Assembly (NCBI GenBank): GCA_964635715.1
Contig: CAZWNZ010000002.1
Coordinates: 10,100 to 74,099 of the forward strand
DNA: 64,000 bases
From: an uncultured Gammaproteobacteria bacterium
GTDB lineage: Bacteria > Patescibacteriota > Microgenomatia > UBA8517
Direction: 5' to 3'
In this document: piece after piece, positions 1 to 9,476 of the stretch
How the letters are laid out: the number at the start of each line of letters is the position of its first letter
How positions within the stretch are numbered: the first letter of the stretch is position 1
Position numbers and translations under genes: made by a program
Notes under the pieces: model-generated
Database searches by the model: none
Seen by the model: only the letters and a program-made list of their open reading frames with translations
What the model was told of the DNA's origin: nothing

Positions 1-1
1 T

Positions 2-193
2 ATAAGAACTGCCATTCGCGAAGGTAAGACTCATCAGATAGAAAGTATTTTAGAGACCTCGCAGGAAACAGGAATGATGACTCTTGAAAAAACCCTTGCT
101 ACTCTTGTCAAAAATGGCGAAGTGACCTTGGAAGAGGCGGAAAGTTGGTCACTGCGCCCTGAAGAATTAATGAGATTGGTTCGTGGCGTATGA
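2..193 (+). CDS. pilT: Type IV pilus retraction ATPase PilT, C-terminal fragment (5' end outside window)
   Basis: Frame 2 translates to ...IRTAIREGKTHQIESILETSQETGMMTLEKTLATLVKNGEVTLEEAE..., which matches the conserved PilT/PilU C-terminus. Stop TGA at 191-193. The gene sits immediately upstream of pilC, as in pilT-pilC operons. Confidence 0.6.
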   Translation: MRTAIREGKTHQIESILETSQETGMMTLEKTLATLVKNGEVTLEEAESWSLRPEELMRLVRGV

Positions 194-258
194 AACGATT
201 TAACTATGAACTCAACCAAAAAGACAGAAGTGTTGAGTTCTAATTGCCGTGTCTGTAT

Positions 259-1464
259 ATGAAAAGGTTCAATTATAAAGCTAAAGATAAAGTAGGAAGA
301 ATAATAAAAGGTGAAGTTGAAGCTGTTGATATTAATGCTGCTGCCAAATTGGTGAGGAGCAAGGGGTTTTTTGTTATTTCTCTTAAATCCAAGATAGACT
401 CTCCCCTGGCTTTTATTAGGAAAAGAAAGGATAAAGTTAACTCTGCCGATATTGCTACTTTTACCAGACAACTTTCGACTATGATAAACGCAGGATTGCC
501 TATTACGGAAGCCCTTTTAATACTTCGTTCTCAATCAAAAAAAACAATGCAGGCGATTGTCGCACAGCTACTGGCCGATGTTGAGGCTGGCGAATCTTTT
601 TCATCGGCTCTTAGCAAACACCCGCAAATTTTTGGAAAAACTTACATTGCCCTTGTTAAATCAGGCGAAGTTGGGGGCGTACTCGACGCCGTTCTCGTCA
701 AACTTGCCGACAATTTGGAAAAACAGGCTGAATTCAGAAGTAAAGTAAAAGGAGCTTTGATTTATCCGGTCATTATCGTTGTAGCAATGATTGTTGTTGC
801 TGTCGTGATGATGATTTTTGTTATTCCTAAATTAATGTCTTTATATACAGATATGGATGCCGAACTTCCCGCACCAACAAGAATACTTATTGGAGTATCC
901 AGTTTTATGGCAAAGTATTGGTTTGTTTTTGCCGCACTGTTGTTTATCGGATATTATGTTTTCCGTCTCTACCGTTCCACACCTGAAGGTAGGCACAAGA
1001 TTGACGAGCTGTTGTTTAAGATTCCGATTTACGGACCATTACAGCAACAGATAATTCTTACGGATTTAACCAGAACCCTGTCCATGATGGTTGGTGCCGG
1101 TGTTTCAATTTTAGAGTCTCTCCATATAACTTCAGAAGTAGTTGGCAATACGGTAATTTCGGATGCAATTATTGATTCATCAAATCAGGTGGAAAAAGGT
1201 TTTCCTGTCGCCTTTGCTTTTTCGAAGCATCCCGAAGCCTTTCCTTTTATATTAAGCCAAATGGTGGCCGTTGGAGAAGAGACAGGTAAGATGGACGATA
1301 TTTTAGGTAAAATCAGCCGCATTTTTGAAGTTGAAAGCGATGAGAAGGTAAAAGGTTTAACTGCGGCTATTGAACCAATAGTTATGGTTGTTTTGGGAAT
1401 AGGTGTTGGTTTTATGGTTATTGCGGTTATTTTGCCAATCTATAGTTTGTCGAGTACTTTCTAA
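259..1464 (+). CDS. pilC: Type IV pilus inner-membrane platform protein PilC (GspF family)
   Basis: About 400 aa with two GspF-like repeats and three TM segments. ATG at 259 (MKRFNYKAKD...) is preferred over the TTG at 244 used by the ORF track. Confidence 0.85.
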   Translation: MKRFNYKAKDKVGRIIKGEVEAVDINAAAKLVRSKGFFVISLKSKIDSPLAFIRKRKDKVNSADIATFTRQLSTMINAGLPITEALLILRSQSKKTMQAIVAQLLADVEAGESFSSALSKHPQIFGKTYIALVKSGEVGGVLDAVLVKLADNLEKQAEFRSKVKGALIYPVIIVVAMIVVAVVMMIFVIPKLMSLYTDMDAELPAPTRILIGVSSFMAKYWFVFAALLFIGYYVFRLYRSTPEGRHKIDELLFKIPIYGPLQQQIILTDLTRTLSMMVGAGVSILESLHITSEVVGNTVISDAIIDSSNQVEKGFPVAFAFSKHPEAFPFILSQMVAVGEETGKMDDILGKISRIFEVESDEKVKGLTAAIEPIVMVVLGIGVGFMVIAVILPIYSLSSTF

Positions 1465-1492
1465 AGGGTCGAAAATAGCCTTAGATTGCCAC

Positions 1493-1521
1493 TTGACAAG
1501 GTTTTTGTGAGGATTGATACT
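1493..1521 (+). promoter_or_regulatory. Sigma70-type promoter upstream of the major pilin gene
   Basis: TTGACA at 1493-1498, a 17-nt spacer, then GATACT at 1516-1521, about 14 nt upstream of the pilin ATG. Confidence 0.45.
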
Positions 1522-1534
1522 GGATATAGAAGTT

Positions 1535-2080
1535 ATGAAAAACAAGACGGCTACCGGTTTTACATTAATTGAGCTTCTTATAGTTATCGCAGTTTTAGGA
1601 ATTTTAGCAGTCGCTGTTCTTTCTGCAATTAACCCCATTGAACAAATTAACAGAAGTAGAGATACGGGCAGCCGTTCGGATGCAGAGCAGCTTTTGAGTG
1701 CAATAGACAGATTTTATGCTTCAGCCGGTTATTATCCTTGGAAAGTTGGATCAACGGGTACAGATGCGTATGCTTGGACGGCAGTACCTAGTGTCACAGA
1801 TGGTACAACGCTAATGCTTACAAAATTGTCTGAAGCAGGTACGGGTGAGGTAAAAGCTTCATTTACGACAAGAATAAGTGAGTCTGATTATAATCCTTTA
1901 TACTTGTACAATCGTGGAACTCAGGGAGATAGCACATATATCTGCTTCTTACCAAAATCTGACTCTTTCCTTACAGAGGCTGCTAATAGGTGTGGGGGAA
2001 CTCTTGCGGCAGATTTTCCCGGTGATGCTTGCCCCACTGATTGCGCCACGTCAAAGACTTGTTTATCCTGTTTACCATAA
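1535..2080 (+). CDS. pilA: Type IV (pre)pilin, candidate major pilin
   Basis: N-terminus MKNKTATG|FTLIELLIVIAVLGILA is a class III signal with a Gly-Phe cleavage site and Glu5. It has its own promoter and is the first pilin after pilC. C-terminal Cys pairs are present. Confidence 0.8.
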   Translation: MKNKTATGFTLIELLIVIAVLGILAVAVLSAINPIEQINRSRDTGSRSDAEQLLSAIDRFYASAGYYPWKVGSTGTDAYAWTAVPSVTDGTTLMLTKLSEAGTGEVKASFTTRISESDYNPLYLYNRGTQGDSTYICFLPKSDSFLTEAANRCGGTLAADFPGDACPTDCATSKTCLSCLP

Positions 2081-2108
2081 AGTTCTCTTCTTCTGCTAAT
2101 ATTAAATT

Positions 2109-2888
2109 ATGATAGTGTTTGTGCTTTTTATTCTCGGGATTTGTTTTGGTTCTTTTGTTTCTGCGATGACTTGGAGAATTCCAAGGAATATTTCATTTGC
2201 AAAAGGTAGAAGTATTTGTCCGAACTGCAAACATAAGATATCTTGGTATGACAACATTCCATTGCTCTCATACTTGATTCTTAAAGGCAAATGCAGATAT
2301 TGCCATGGAAAGATTTCCCTCCGCTACCCTGCTATCGAACTTACTGCCGCAATCGGTTTTGTCACCATTTTTCTCTTCACCTTTAAAGGTCCGACCCTAC
2401 AAGGTGTATATAGTATTTTTACTCTAGTTACATTACTTTGCTATTTGACTGTTTTTGTAATCTTACTGTCTATTTTTGTTATTGATTTGGAAAATCAAAT
2501 AATCCCCGATTCCCTTGTTTTTTTCGGAATATTAATTGTCCTATCTTGTTTATTAATTACCAATCCTCACTCATTAATCATAAATCTGTTTTCCGGTCTT
2601 GTTGCTGCATCATTTTTGATGTTGATTCATTTGGCAACCCGCGGCCGTGGAATGGGTCTTGGAGACGTAAAATTTGCGTTACTTGGAGGCATGATTGTTG
2701 GTTCAAAATTACTGCCAATATGGCTTCTCTTATCTTTCTTGACAGGTGCGATATCAGGCTGCATACTGATTTTAGTTGGCCGGGCAAAATTGAAAACAAA
2801 AATAGCCTTTGGTCCGTTTTTGGTCGTTAGTGTAGCTCTGTCAATTATTTTTGGAGAGAAAATACTTAACCTCTTATTTTTAGTCTAA
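2109..2888 (+). CDS. pilD: Prepilin peptidase / N-methyltransferase (A24 family)
   Basis: Polytopic membrane protein. N-terminal CPNC...CRYC tetracysteine zinc motif and conserved Asp-containing loops typical of PilD. Confidence 0.85.
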   Translation: MIVFVLFILGICFGSFVSAMTWRIPRNISFAKGRSICPNCKHKISWYDNIPLLSYLILKGKCRYCHGKISLRYPAIELTAAIGFVTIFLFTFKGPTLQGVYSIFTLVTLLCYLTVFVILLSIFVIDLENQIIPDSLVFFGILIVLSCLLITNPHSLIINLFSGLVAASFLMLIHLATRGRGMGLGDVKFALLGGMIVGSKLLPIWLLLSFLTGAISGCILILVGRAKLKTKIAFGPFLVVSVALSIIFGEKILNLLFLV

Positions 2889-2892
2889 GCTT

Positions 2893-3477
2893 ATGATTAA
2901 AGCGAAAATATTTTCCAAAAGTGAAAAGATTTGTCTTATATCTGTTTTTCTGGTTTTAGTTGCCATTGCTGTCCCCAATTATATTGTCAGTTTGAGAAGA
3001 GCTCGTGATCAAGTAAGGCGCGATGATCTTGGCGCAGTCCTTCACTCAGTGGGAGAATATTATTCGGATTTTGGGTCCTTTCCATTATCTGCCCCTGACG
3101 GAAACATTATGGCATGTTTAAAAGATGGCGATGTCCCCTACCGGGGTGAAAAAGGACAGTGGATCATCAATCATATTTCCTGTTTTTGGGGAGTAAACGC
3201 TTTTGAAAATCCCGTTACAAAGACTGATTATATGGCCATTCTTCCCCGCGACCCACATTGGCAAGAAGGTGCCTCATATTTGTATATAAGTGATGGTGTG
3301 CGATGTCAGATATTTGCACACATGGAAGGAGATGATGAAGCTGAAGTAGACCCGAATGTTATTTCGAGAAACTTAATGTGCGGTAGCTATATATGCAATG
3401 TAGGTAGATCGTATAATTGTGATGTGAAGAAAAGCATAGAAACATGTGCGGAAGAAGCAGAGGCCGCTAAAAAGTAG
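2893..3477 (+). CDS. Atypical pilin-like protein (hydrophobic N-terminal helix, no canonical G-F-T-L-I-E motif)
   Basis: N-terminal segment LISVFLVLVAIAVPNYIVSLRRARDQVRRDDL resembles a mature pilin alpha1 helix but lacks the prepilin cleavage motif. Several Cys in the C-terminal half. Embedded in the pilin gene array. Confidence 0.4.
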   Translation: MIKAKIFSKSEKICLISVFLVLVAIAVPNYIVSLRRARDQVRRDDLGAVLHSVGEYYSDFGSFPLSAPDGNIMACLKDGDVPYRGEKGQWIINHISCFWGVNAFENPVTKTDYMAILPRDPHWQEGASYLYISDGVRCQIFAHMEGDDEAEVDPNVISRNLMCGSYICNVGRSYNCDVKKSIETCAEEAEAAKK

Positions 3478-3489
3478 TATTATTAAATT

Positions 3490-4008
3490 ATGTTTGCTGC
3501 TGCCAATAAAAAAAACAAACATGGCTTTACTTTGACGAAAGCAAAGCGTACGGAGAGTGGTTTCACTCTCATTGAACTTCTGGTGGTAATTTCAATTATT
3601 GGTGTACTTATTGGTATAGCAACTGTTTCCTTTACCGGCTCACAAAAAAAGGCACGGGACGCCAGAAGGAAATCAGATCTGAAATATTATCAAAGTGCTC
3701 TTGAATTTTATGCGAACAAGAAAAATGGATATTACCCGATGTACTATACGAATGTTCAGGCTTCCGGTATTCAGCTGTGTGAAGGAAGTCTTGATTTAAG
3801 TAACTGTCCGGAGGATCCAAAAAATAATGCGGATGAAACTATTTACTACCACTATCAATCAGACGGAACACAAAATTCAGGGCTAGCTACAGCGACTCGA
3901 TATATTTTATGGTCAATAAATGAAAACACGGGTAGCTATTGGGCAATTTGCTCATCCGGTTCGGTAGTGGAATCGGCCAGCAAGCCCACACTGTCGACTT
4001 GTCAATAA
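3490..4008 (+). CDS. Type IV pilin
   Basis: Contains SG|FTLIELLVVISIIGVL. An earlier GFTLT appears to be a degenerate duplicate of the motif. The start codon may lie downstream of 3490. Confidence 0.7.
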   Translation: MFAAANKKNKHGFTLTKAKRTESGFTLIELLVVISIIGVLIGIATVSFTGSQKKARDARRKSDLKYYQSALEFYANKKNGYYPMYYTNVQASGIQLCEGSLDLSNCPEDPKNNADETIYYHYQSDGTQNSGLATATRYILWSINENTGSYWAICSSGSVVESASKPTLSTCQ

Positions 4009-4009
4009 T

Positions 4010-4486
4010 ATGACTAAATCAAACCAAAATATTAAGACTGTTGGTCGCGAGGGTGCCTTTACTTTGATTGAACTTTTGGTGGTTATTTCAATAATGGGTC
4101 TTTTGCTTGCCTTATCCGTTTACGGTATACAAAGTGCAAGACGTGCTTCACACGATGCCAGAAGGAAGTCTGATTTGGAGCAAATCAGAAGCGGTTTGGA
4201 AATGTATAAGTCGGACTGCAACAGCTACCCTGCCACACTCGGATTAACATTAAAAGGAAATGGTAGCGGTACTAATTGTTCCACAAGTAACATTTATATA
4301 GATGAGGTTCCGACGGATCCTAAAAGTGATGGGGTTTACGATTATGATTACGTTTCTGACAACTCCTACACATTAAGAGCTTGTCTGGAAAGCTCGGATG
4401 ACTCGCAATGTGATACAAGCAGTGGCTCCATTGTGCAGTGTACATCAGGAGGATATACAGGATGTCGTTATACTGTTCACCAATAA
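4010..4486 (+). CDS. Type IV pilin
   Basis: REGA|FTLIELLVVISIMGLL prepilin motif. Cys-rich C-terminus. Confidence 0.75.
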   Translation: MTKSNQNIKTVGREGAFTLIELLVVISIMGLLLALSVYGIQSARRASHDARRKSDLEQIRSGLEMYKSDCNSYPATLGLTLKGNGSGTNCSTSNIYIDEVPTDPKSDGVYDYDYVSDNSYTLRACLESSDDSQCDTSSGSIVQCTSGGYTGCRYTVHQ

Positions 4487-5028
4487 TGAATAATGTACAT
4501 TTCCCTACCCATACCCCTAAAAAAATAGAGAATGCTTATACCCTTATCGAACTTCTGATTGTTATCATGATAATGAGTGTTCTCTTTACAATCGGATACA
4601 TAGGGTATCGTGATTATGCCAGGCGCCAAGTTGTAGCCGGTGTTGTCAAGCAGATACAAGGAGATCTAAGATTAACTCAGCAAATGGCTCTTTCCGGGCA
4701 AAAACCCAATGAAAAAGGTTGTGCAAATTATACGGGTTTGGCTTTAGACGGTGTGTATTTTGGTATTACAAATAACCCAAAGCCCTTATATAGAATAAGA
4801 GCAGTTTGTGGAAATGATCAAACTACCTACCCTATTATTAAGGAGGTTAATTTACCGGATGGTATTGTTTTTGATTTTAGTGATGTTACTTATAATCCAA
4901 TTGTTTTTAAAGTATTGGGTCAGGGCACAAGTATTCCGGCCGGAGAAACAGCTGTGATTACTCTAACCCAAACAGGCACGGAAAATGTTGGAACAATTTC
5001 AGTGAGTTCGGGAGGGGAAATCAAATGA
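4486..5028 (+). CDS. Pilin-like protein (minor pilin)
   Basis: ATG at 4486 overlaps the previous stop by 1 nt. MNNVHFPTHTPKKIENA|YTLIELLIVIMI motif. Confidence 0.65.
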   Translation: MNNVHFPTHTPKKIENAYTLIELLIVIMIMSVLFTIGYIGYRDYARRQVVAGVVKQIQGDLRLTQQMALSGQKPNEKGCANYTGLALDGVYFGITNNPKPLYRIRAVCGNDQTTYPIIKEVNLPDGIVFDFSDVTYNPIVFKVLGQGTSIPAGETAVITLTQTGTENVGTISVSSGGEIK

Positions 5029-5489
5029 AAAATACTCAAAAGAAACCGAATACCGAAAACGGACAATCTCTTTTTGAAGTTGTTGTAGCAATTGCACTAA
5101 GCGCATTAATTGTAACTGGAATTGTTGCAATGGGAGCCAATTCTATCCAAAATTCTTCATATTCAAGGGATAAAACTTTAGCTTCCAATTATGTTCAAGA
5201 GGCTCTCGAGTGGGTTCGGCAGGAAAGAGATCAAAATATGGATGTTTTTTTAGCAAAAGCTGTTCCCGGCACCACTTATTGTTTGAACTCTCTTGAGTGG
5301 CCCAAATCAGCCATTAAATGTTCAAATGGTAGTGTTATCGCTGACACTAAGTTTTCCAGAGAAATTATATTTCCATCTTGCGATGGTGTATGTCCGACAA
5401 GAGTTGTTGAAATAAAAGTTATTGTTTATTGGAATGACTCCAAGGGATATCACGAATCATCAAGTTTTACTGATTTATCTACAAGATGA
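5025..5489 (+). CDS. Minor pilin / pseudopilin-like (PilV-like)
   Basis: NGQS|LFEVVVAIALSALIV class III-like N-terminus. ATGA overlap with the upstream gene. Confidence 0.6.
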   Translation: MKNTQKKPNTENGQSLFEVVVAIALSALIVTGIVAMGANSIQNSSYSRDKTLASNYVQEALEWVRQERDQNMDVFLAKAVPGTTYCLNSLEWPKSAIKCSNGSVIADTKFSREIIFPSCDGVCPTRVVEIKVIVYWNDSKGYHESSSFTDLSTR

Positions 5490-6001
5490 AAATAAATAAG
5501 TTATATAAAAAATTTGAACAGGGATTGAGTCTTATTGAGATATTGGTTGTAGTTCTTATTTTTGCTGTTTTGGGAGTAATGATCTCAGCTTCGTTGATAC
5601 TGACCATCAATGGTACTAAAAAAGGTGAGTCAGTTATTAAAGTCAGAGAAAATGTCAATTATGCATTTTCAGTAATTGAAAGAAACTTAAGAAATGCTAA
5701 AGATATTGTGGATTGTACGGATAGTAATCAGATTGTTTATATCGACCAGTATGGTAATCAGTCCAGTTTTTCCTGTGTTAATGTCGGTCAGGAAAATTCT
5801 TATGTGGCATCCGGTTCGGGTTCATTGAGACTAACCTCAACAATGTTAAAGATAACTAACTGTTCTTTTACCTGTTTGCAACAAGAAGATCTTTCTCAAT
5901 CGCCTATTATTACAATAGATATTTCAGCCAAAGATGCTGAACTTTCGGGTGTACAAAGTTCCAGTGTTAATGCTCAGACAAAAGTATATTTAAGAAATTA
6001 G
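5486..6001 (+). CDS. Minor pilin / pseudopilin-like (PilW-like)
   Basis: EQGLS|LIEILVVVLIFAVLG N-terminus. Translationally coupled within the pilin array. Confidence 0.6.
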   Translation: MKINKLYKKFEQGLSLIEILVVVLIFAVLGVMISASLILTINGTKKGESVIKVRENVNYAFSVIERNLRNAKDIVDCTDSNQIVYIDQYGNQSSFSCVNVGQENSYVASGSGSLRLTSTMLKITNCSFTCLQQEDLSQSPIITIDISAKDAELSGVQSSSVNAQTKVYLRN

Positions 6002-6049
6002 AAACAACAAATTGCATTTAAATTATGTAGTTGCTAAACTAAAAATGCG

Positions 6050-6925
6050 ATGAAGAAATATGAATCTGGTCAGGCTTTGGTATTAATACTTCTTTCTCTT
6101 TCGGTTGTTTTAACGATAATTTTATATGTTTTGTCCCGCTCAGTCACAGATATCTCGATTTCCACTCAACAAAATGATTCTGTTAGGGCTTTTTCAGCTG
6201 CTGAGGCCGGAATAGAAAATGCTTTAATTACCGGGGTTGGTACGGGGGGTGATGTGACAATCGGTGATGCTACTTATTCGGTCGAAGTTTTAAATTCAGG
6301 CTCTACGACGTTTAATTATCCAGACTCTATGCTTTCCGGAGATACGATGACTTTATGGTTTGTTTCTCACAAAAGCGATGGTAGTTTAACTTGTGGCTCA
6401 GGGTATCCTGCATGTTTTACCGGAAATACTGTCAAAGTTTGTTGGGGAAAGTCGGGAACATCATCTTCCGGTACATCAACTCCGGCTCTTGAGGTTAGTG
6501 TTTATTACGAATCTATTCCAGGAGACCTTTCCAGTATAAAAGTTGTTCGATCTACATACGACCCGAATGCTTCCAGAATTTCCTCGAATTCTTTCGGGTC
6601 TGCAGTGACAAGTTTGTGTACAATAGACGGAATCGGTTATGCATTTCAAAATACAATAACTTTGTCGGAATTGGGAGGTGTGAGTTTTAACAATAATGGT
6701 TTATTGTTTGCAAAAATTAAAATGTTATATAACACCGATGTGGCACATCCTATCGGTTTTAGCGCTTCCGAAGCTCTTCCTTCTCAAGGGCTAGAGGTTG
6801 TTTCGACAGGAACTTCCGGTGCCGGAAGTAGTCAAAGCAATCGCAAAATTAGCGTATTTCAGGGTTGGGCGGAGTTTCCTCTCAGCGGTTTTTCACTTCT
6901 GGTTCCAGCTGGAATTACAAAATAG
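6050..6925 (+). CDS. PilX-like minor pilin / pilus tip-associated protein
   Basis: N-terminus MKKYESGQALVLILLSLSVVLTII followed by ...AFSAAEAGIENAL resembles the PilX N-terminal domain. About 290 aa. Confidence 0.45.
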   Translation: MKKYESGQALVLILLSLSVVLTIILYVLSRSVTDISISTQQNDSVRAFSAAEAGIENALITGVGTGGDVTIGDATYSVEVLNSGSTTFNYPDSMLSGDTMTLWFVSHKSDGSLTCGSGYPACFTGNTVKVCWGKSGTSSSGTSTPALEVSVYYESIPGDLSSIKVVRSTYDPNASRISSNSFGSAVTSLCTIDGIGYAFQNTITLSELGGVSFNNNGLLFAKIKMLYNTDVAHPIGFSASEALPSQGLEVVSTGTSGAGSSQSNRKISVFQGWAEFPLSGFSLLVPAGITK

Positions 6926-6985
6926 GATAGTTAGTTATCCTTGACGTTTAGGTGTTTTTTATTGTTAAATGAACTATATACTGCC

Positions 6986-7999
6986 ATGTTAGGAATAGAT
7001 ATCGGAAGTAAAACTATTAAGATTGTAGAACTTGAAAAAAACGGAGCTTCATATACGTTATCTGCTTCGGGAGTTGTTGGATATTCAGGTGTGAGTGTGG
7101 ACAAAATGACCATCGACAAAGAAATGTCGACTTTTGCTCAAGTGATTAAAAAACTGTGTACTGAGGCGCGTGTATCCACCAAAGAAGTTGTTCTTTCTAT
7201 CCCGGAATCACTAACGTTTACCCGTACAATTAAATTTCCTGCATTAACTGATAGTGAGATTGCCTCTGCTATAAAATGGGAAGCTGAACAATATATACCC
7301 ATTCCCGTTAATGAAGCAATTATTCAACATACTGTATTAAAACGGGATAGTTCGGGTGGGGCGAATTCCGGGGTAATAGTCCTTTTGGTTGCTGCCCCTC
7401 GGGTAATTGTTGAAAAATATGTTAAAGTTGCTCAATTGGCGGGTTTGACTCCTGTTGCGGTAGAGACAGAACTTATAGCTCTGACACGCTCACTTGCACC
7501 CATAGATAAGACTGTCCTTTTGGCTGATTTGGGAGGATCTTCGACAAATCTGGCGATTGTGAATCATGGTTTGTTATCATTTTCCCGATCTTTACCTGTA
7601 GCCGGAGACGCTTTCACCAGAGCTGTATCACAGGGTCTTGCAATTACTCCCCAACAAGCAGAGGAATATAAAAAAGCATACGGCATGTCCGCGAATCAAC
7701 TCGAAGGAAAAATTAAAAGTGCCTTAGATTCTGTGGTACGTATAGTGGCCGATGAAATTAAAAAAGCCGTTAATTATTATTTAACAGAAGAAAGAGGTGA
7801 AATGCCGACGTCTCTTATTATGTCTGGTGGTTCAAGTGGTATGCCTGAGATGATCTCAAATTTTACTCAAGTTGTTGGTATGGAAGTTTTAGTTGCCAAT
7901 CCCTTTGCTCGTGTTCATATGGATGCGGGATTGATGCAAAAACTAGCACCATTCGCACCACTTTATGGGGTAGCTGTAGGTTTGGCAATGCGTGAATAG
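6986..7999 (+). CDS. pilM: Type IV pilus assembly protein PilM (actin-like ATPase fold)
   Basis: MLGIDIGSKTIKIVEL... actin/FtsA-like phosphate-1 motif. ATG at 6986 is preferred over 6941. Confidence 0.8.
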   Translation: MLGIDIGSKTIKIVELEKNGASYTLSASGVVGYSGVSVDKMTIDKEMSTFAQVIKKLCTEARVSTKEVVLSIPESLTFTRTIKFPALTDSEIASAIKWEAEQYIPIPVNEAIIQHTVLKRDSSGGANSGVIVLLVAAPRVIVEKYVKVAQLAGLTPVAVETELIALTRSLAPIDKTVLLADLGGSSTNLAIVNHGLLSFSRSLPVAGDAFTRAVSQGLAITPQQAEEYKKAYGMSANQLEGKIKSALDSVVRIVADEIKKAVNYYLTEERGEMPTSLIMSGGSSGMPEMISNFTQVVGMEVLVANPFARVHMDAGLMQKLAPFAPLYGVAVGLAMRE

Positions 8000-8004
8000 T
8001 CAAT

Positions 8005-8544
8005 ATGCCTGTTAATCTCAATCTTTTACCACAGGACTTTCAAATAAGTAAAAGTGCCGGAAGTGCAATTAAAACAATGAAGGCACTAGGTGTTATATTG
8101 ATTGTGGTTTTTATAGTGTTTTGTTTAGGTCTTGGAGCCTTTTTCATTTATAGCAAACTTTCTTTAAATAAGCTTCAGACAACTGTGGATGGATTGAAGG
8201 TTCAGGTTAAAGCACAGGAGAAAAGTGAACAGCAATTGATATTGCTTAAAGATAGACTTAGTAAAATTGGTTCCGTTAGAGCTTCATCTGGGGCATTGTC
8301 AAATGTCAACAATATGGATTCTTTGATATCTAATATGTCATCCGTTTCAAATATCGATGAGGCCAGTATTAACATAAATAAAATGAACCTAATATTGAGT
8401 GTAAACTCTAACGAAGATCTGGTTACTTTTATGGACAACCTAAAAAAATCGACTGCTTTTACTTCGGTTAGTTTGGCGTCTTTTAACTACAATTCAAAAG
8501 GGTATTCGTTAGACGTTAATTTTACAAACTTAGATACTAAATAA
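8005..8544 (+). CDS. pilN: Type IV pilus assembly protein PilN
   Basis: MPVNLNLLPQD... (the INLLP motif), a single TM segment, then a coiled-coil periplasmic domain. Confidence 0.7.
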   Translation: MPVNLNLLPQDFQISKSAGSAIKTMKALGVILIVVFIVFCLGLGAFFIYSKLSLNKLQTTVDGLKVQVKAQEKSEQQLILLKDRLSKIGSVRASSGALSNVNNMDSLISNMSSVSNIDEASININKMNLILSVNSNEDLVTFMDNLKKSTAFTSVSLASFNYNSKGYSLDVNFTNLDTK

Positions 8545-8545
8545 A

Positions 8546-9232
8546 ATGGAAAAATTATCAGGCGGTATGACCGAGAAGGACAAACAAATTTTAAAAGCAG
8601 TAGCTCCGCTTTTTATAGTAATTATATTGTTTTTTGTGGTAGGAAAATTTGGGATATCTCAAATTAAAAATACGAGGCAACAAATTAACACAATTAAGAA
8701 AACGGAATCTGTTTTAACCGGAAAGTTAAAAATACTTCAATCTATTTCTGAAGTGTCTGCGTCAGGTGCGGATATATCACTAGTTGCCTTGCCTGAAAAC
8801 AACCCCGCTCTTTCTGTAATTTCTCAGATTAAATTTTTAGCTTTTACAAATTCAATTGTTATTGAAAGTATAAAATCGTCTACCCCCGGCGAGGTAGTTG
8901 ATTTGTCTTATGTAACAACATCATTCACTGCAATCGGAACAAAGGATTCAATATTGTCTTTTATCCGAGCCATAGACACAATTGCGCCAATTTCGGTTGT
9001 AGAAAAAATGGACATTTCAACAAATGCCGGATCCAGTGAGGCAAGTGTCTCCATGAGGACATATTTTGCGTCACTTCCAAAGACTATACCAACGATTACG
9101 CAAGCGATTACGGATCTAAATGCTTCGGAAAAAGAATTACTTTCCGACATATCCCTACTGACAGCACCGGTATTTGGAGAACCTTCATTCGCTTCAGCAA
9201 GCGCTATAAATCAAAACCCCTTTGGTCAGTAA
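8546..9232 (+). CDS. pilO: Type IV pilus assembly protein PilO-like
   Basis: Single-TM protein with a coiled-coil immediately after pilN. The call rests on position and architecture. Confidence 0.45.
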   Translation: MEKLSGGMTEKDKQILKAVAPLFIVIILFFVVGKFGISQIKNTRQQINTIKKTESVLTGKLKILQSISEVSASGADISLVALPENNPALSVISQIKFLAFTNSIVIESIKSSTPGEVVDLSYVTTSFTAIGTKDSILSFIRAIDTIAPISVVEKMDISTNAGSSEASVSMRTYFASLPKTIPTITQAITDLNASEKELLSDISLLTAPVFGEPSFASASAINQNPFGQ

Positions 9233-9245
9233 AGAAGAAAATTTT

Positions 9246-9473
9246 TTAACCCTCAACGTTTAGAGTAACTGCGGATTTTTCCAACGTGGCTCTAACTTTC
9301 AGTATATTTCGTAAAGATTTAATCATGCGACCTCCCTTTCCTATTATTAATCCTATATTTTCAGGATCAGTTTTAATTGTGTAGGAAATTCTACCGTCAT
9401 CTTGTGACTCAAGGATTTCGTATTTTTTCTCTCCGAGAATGTTATCGAGTAAAAAATTAAGTAAATCTGTCAT
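9246..9473 (-). CDS. KH-domain RNA-binding protein (YlqC/UPF0109-like)
   Basis: 75 aa with an IGKGGRMIKSLR GXXG KH motif. Adjacent to rpsP, as in many bacteria. Confidence 0.65.
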   Translation of the reverse strand: MTDLLNFLLDNILGEKKYEILESQDDGRISYTIKTDPENIGLIIGKGGRMIKSLRNILKVRATLEKSAVTLNVEG

Positions 9474-9476
9474 GTG

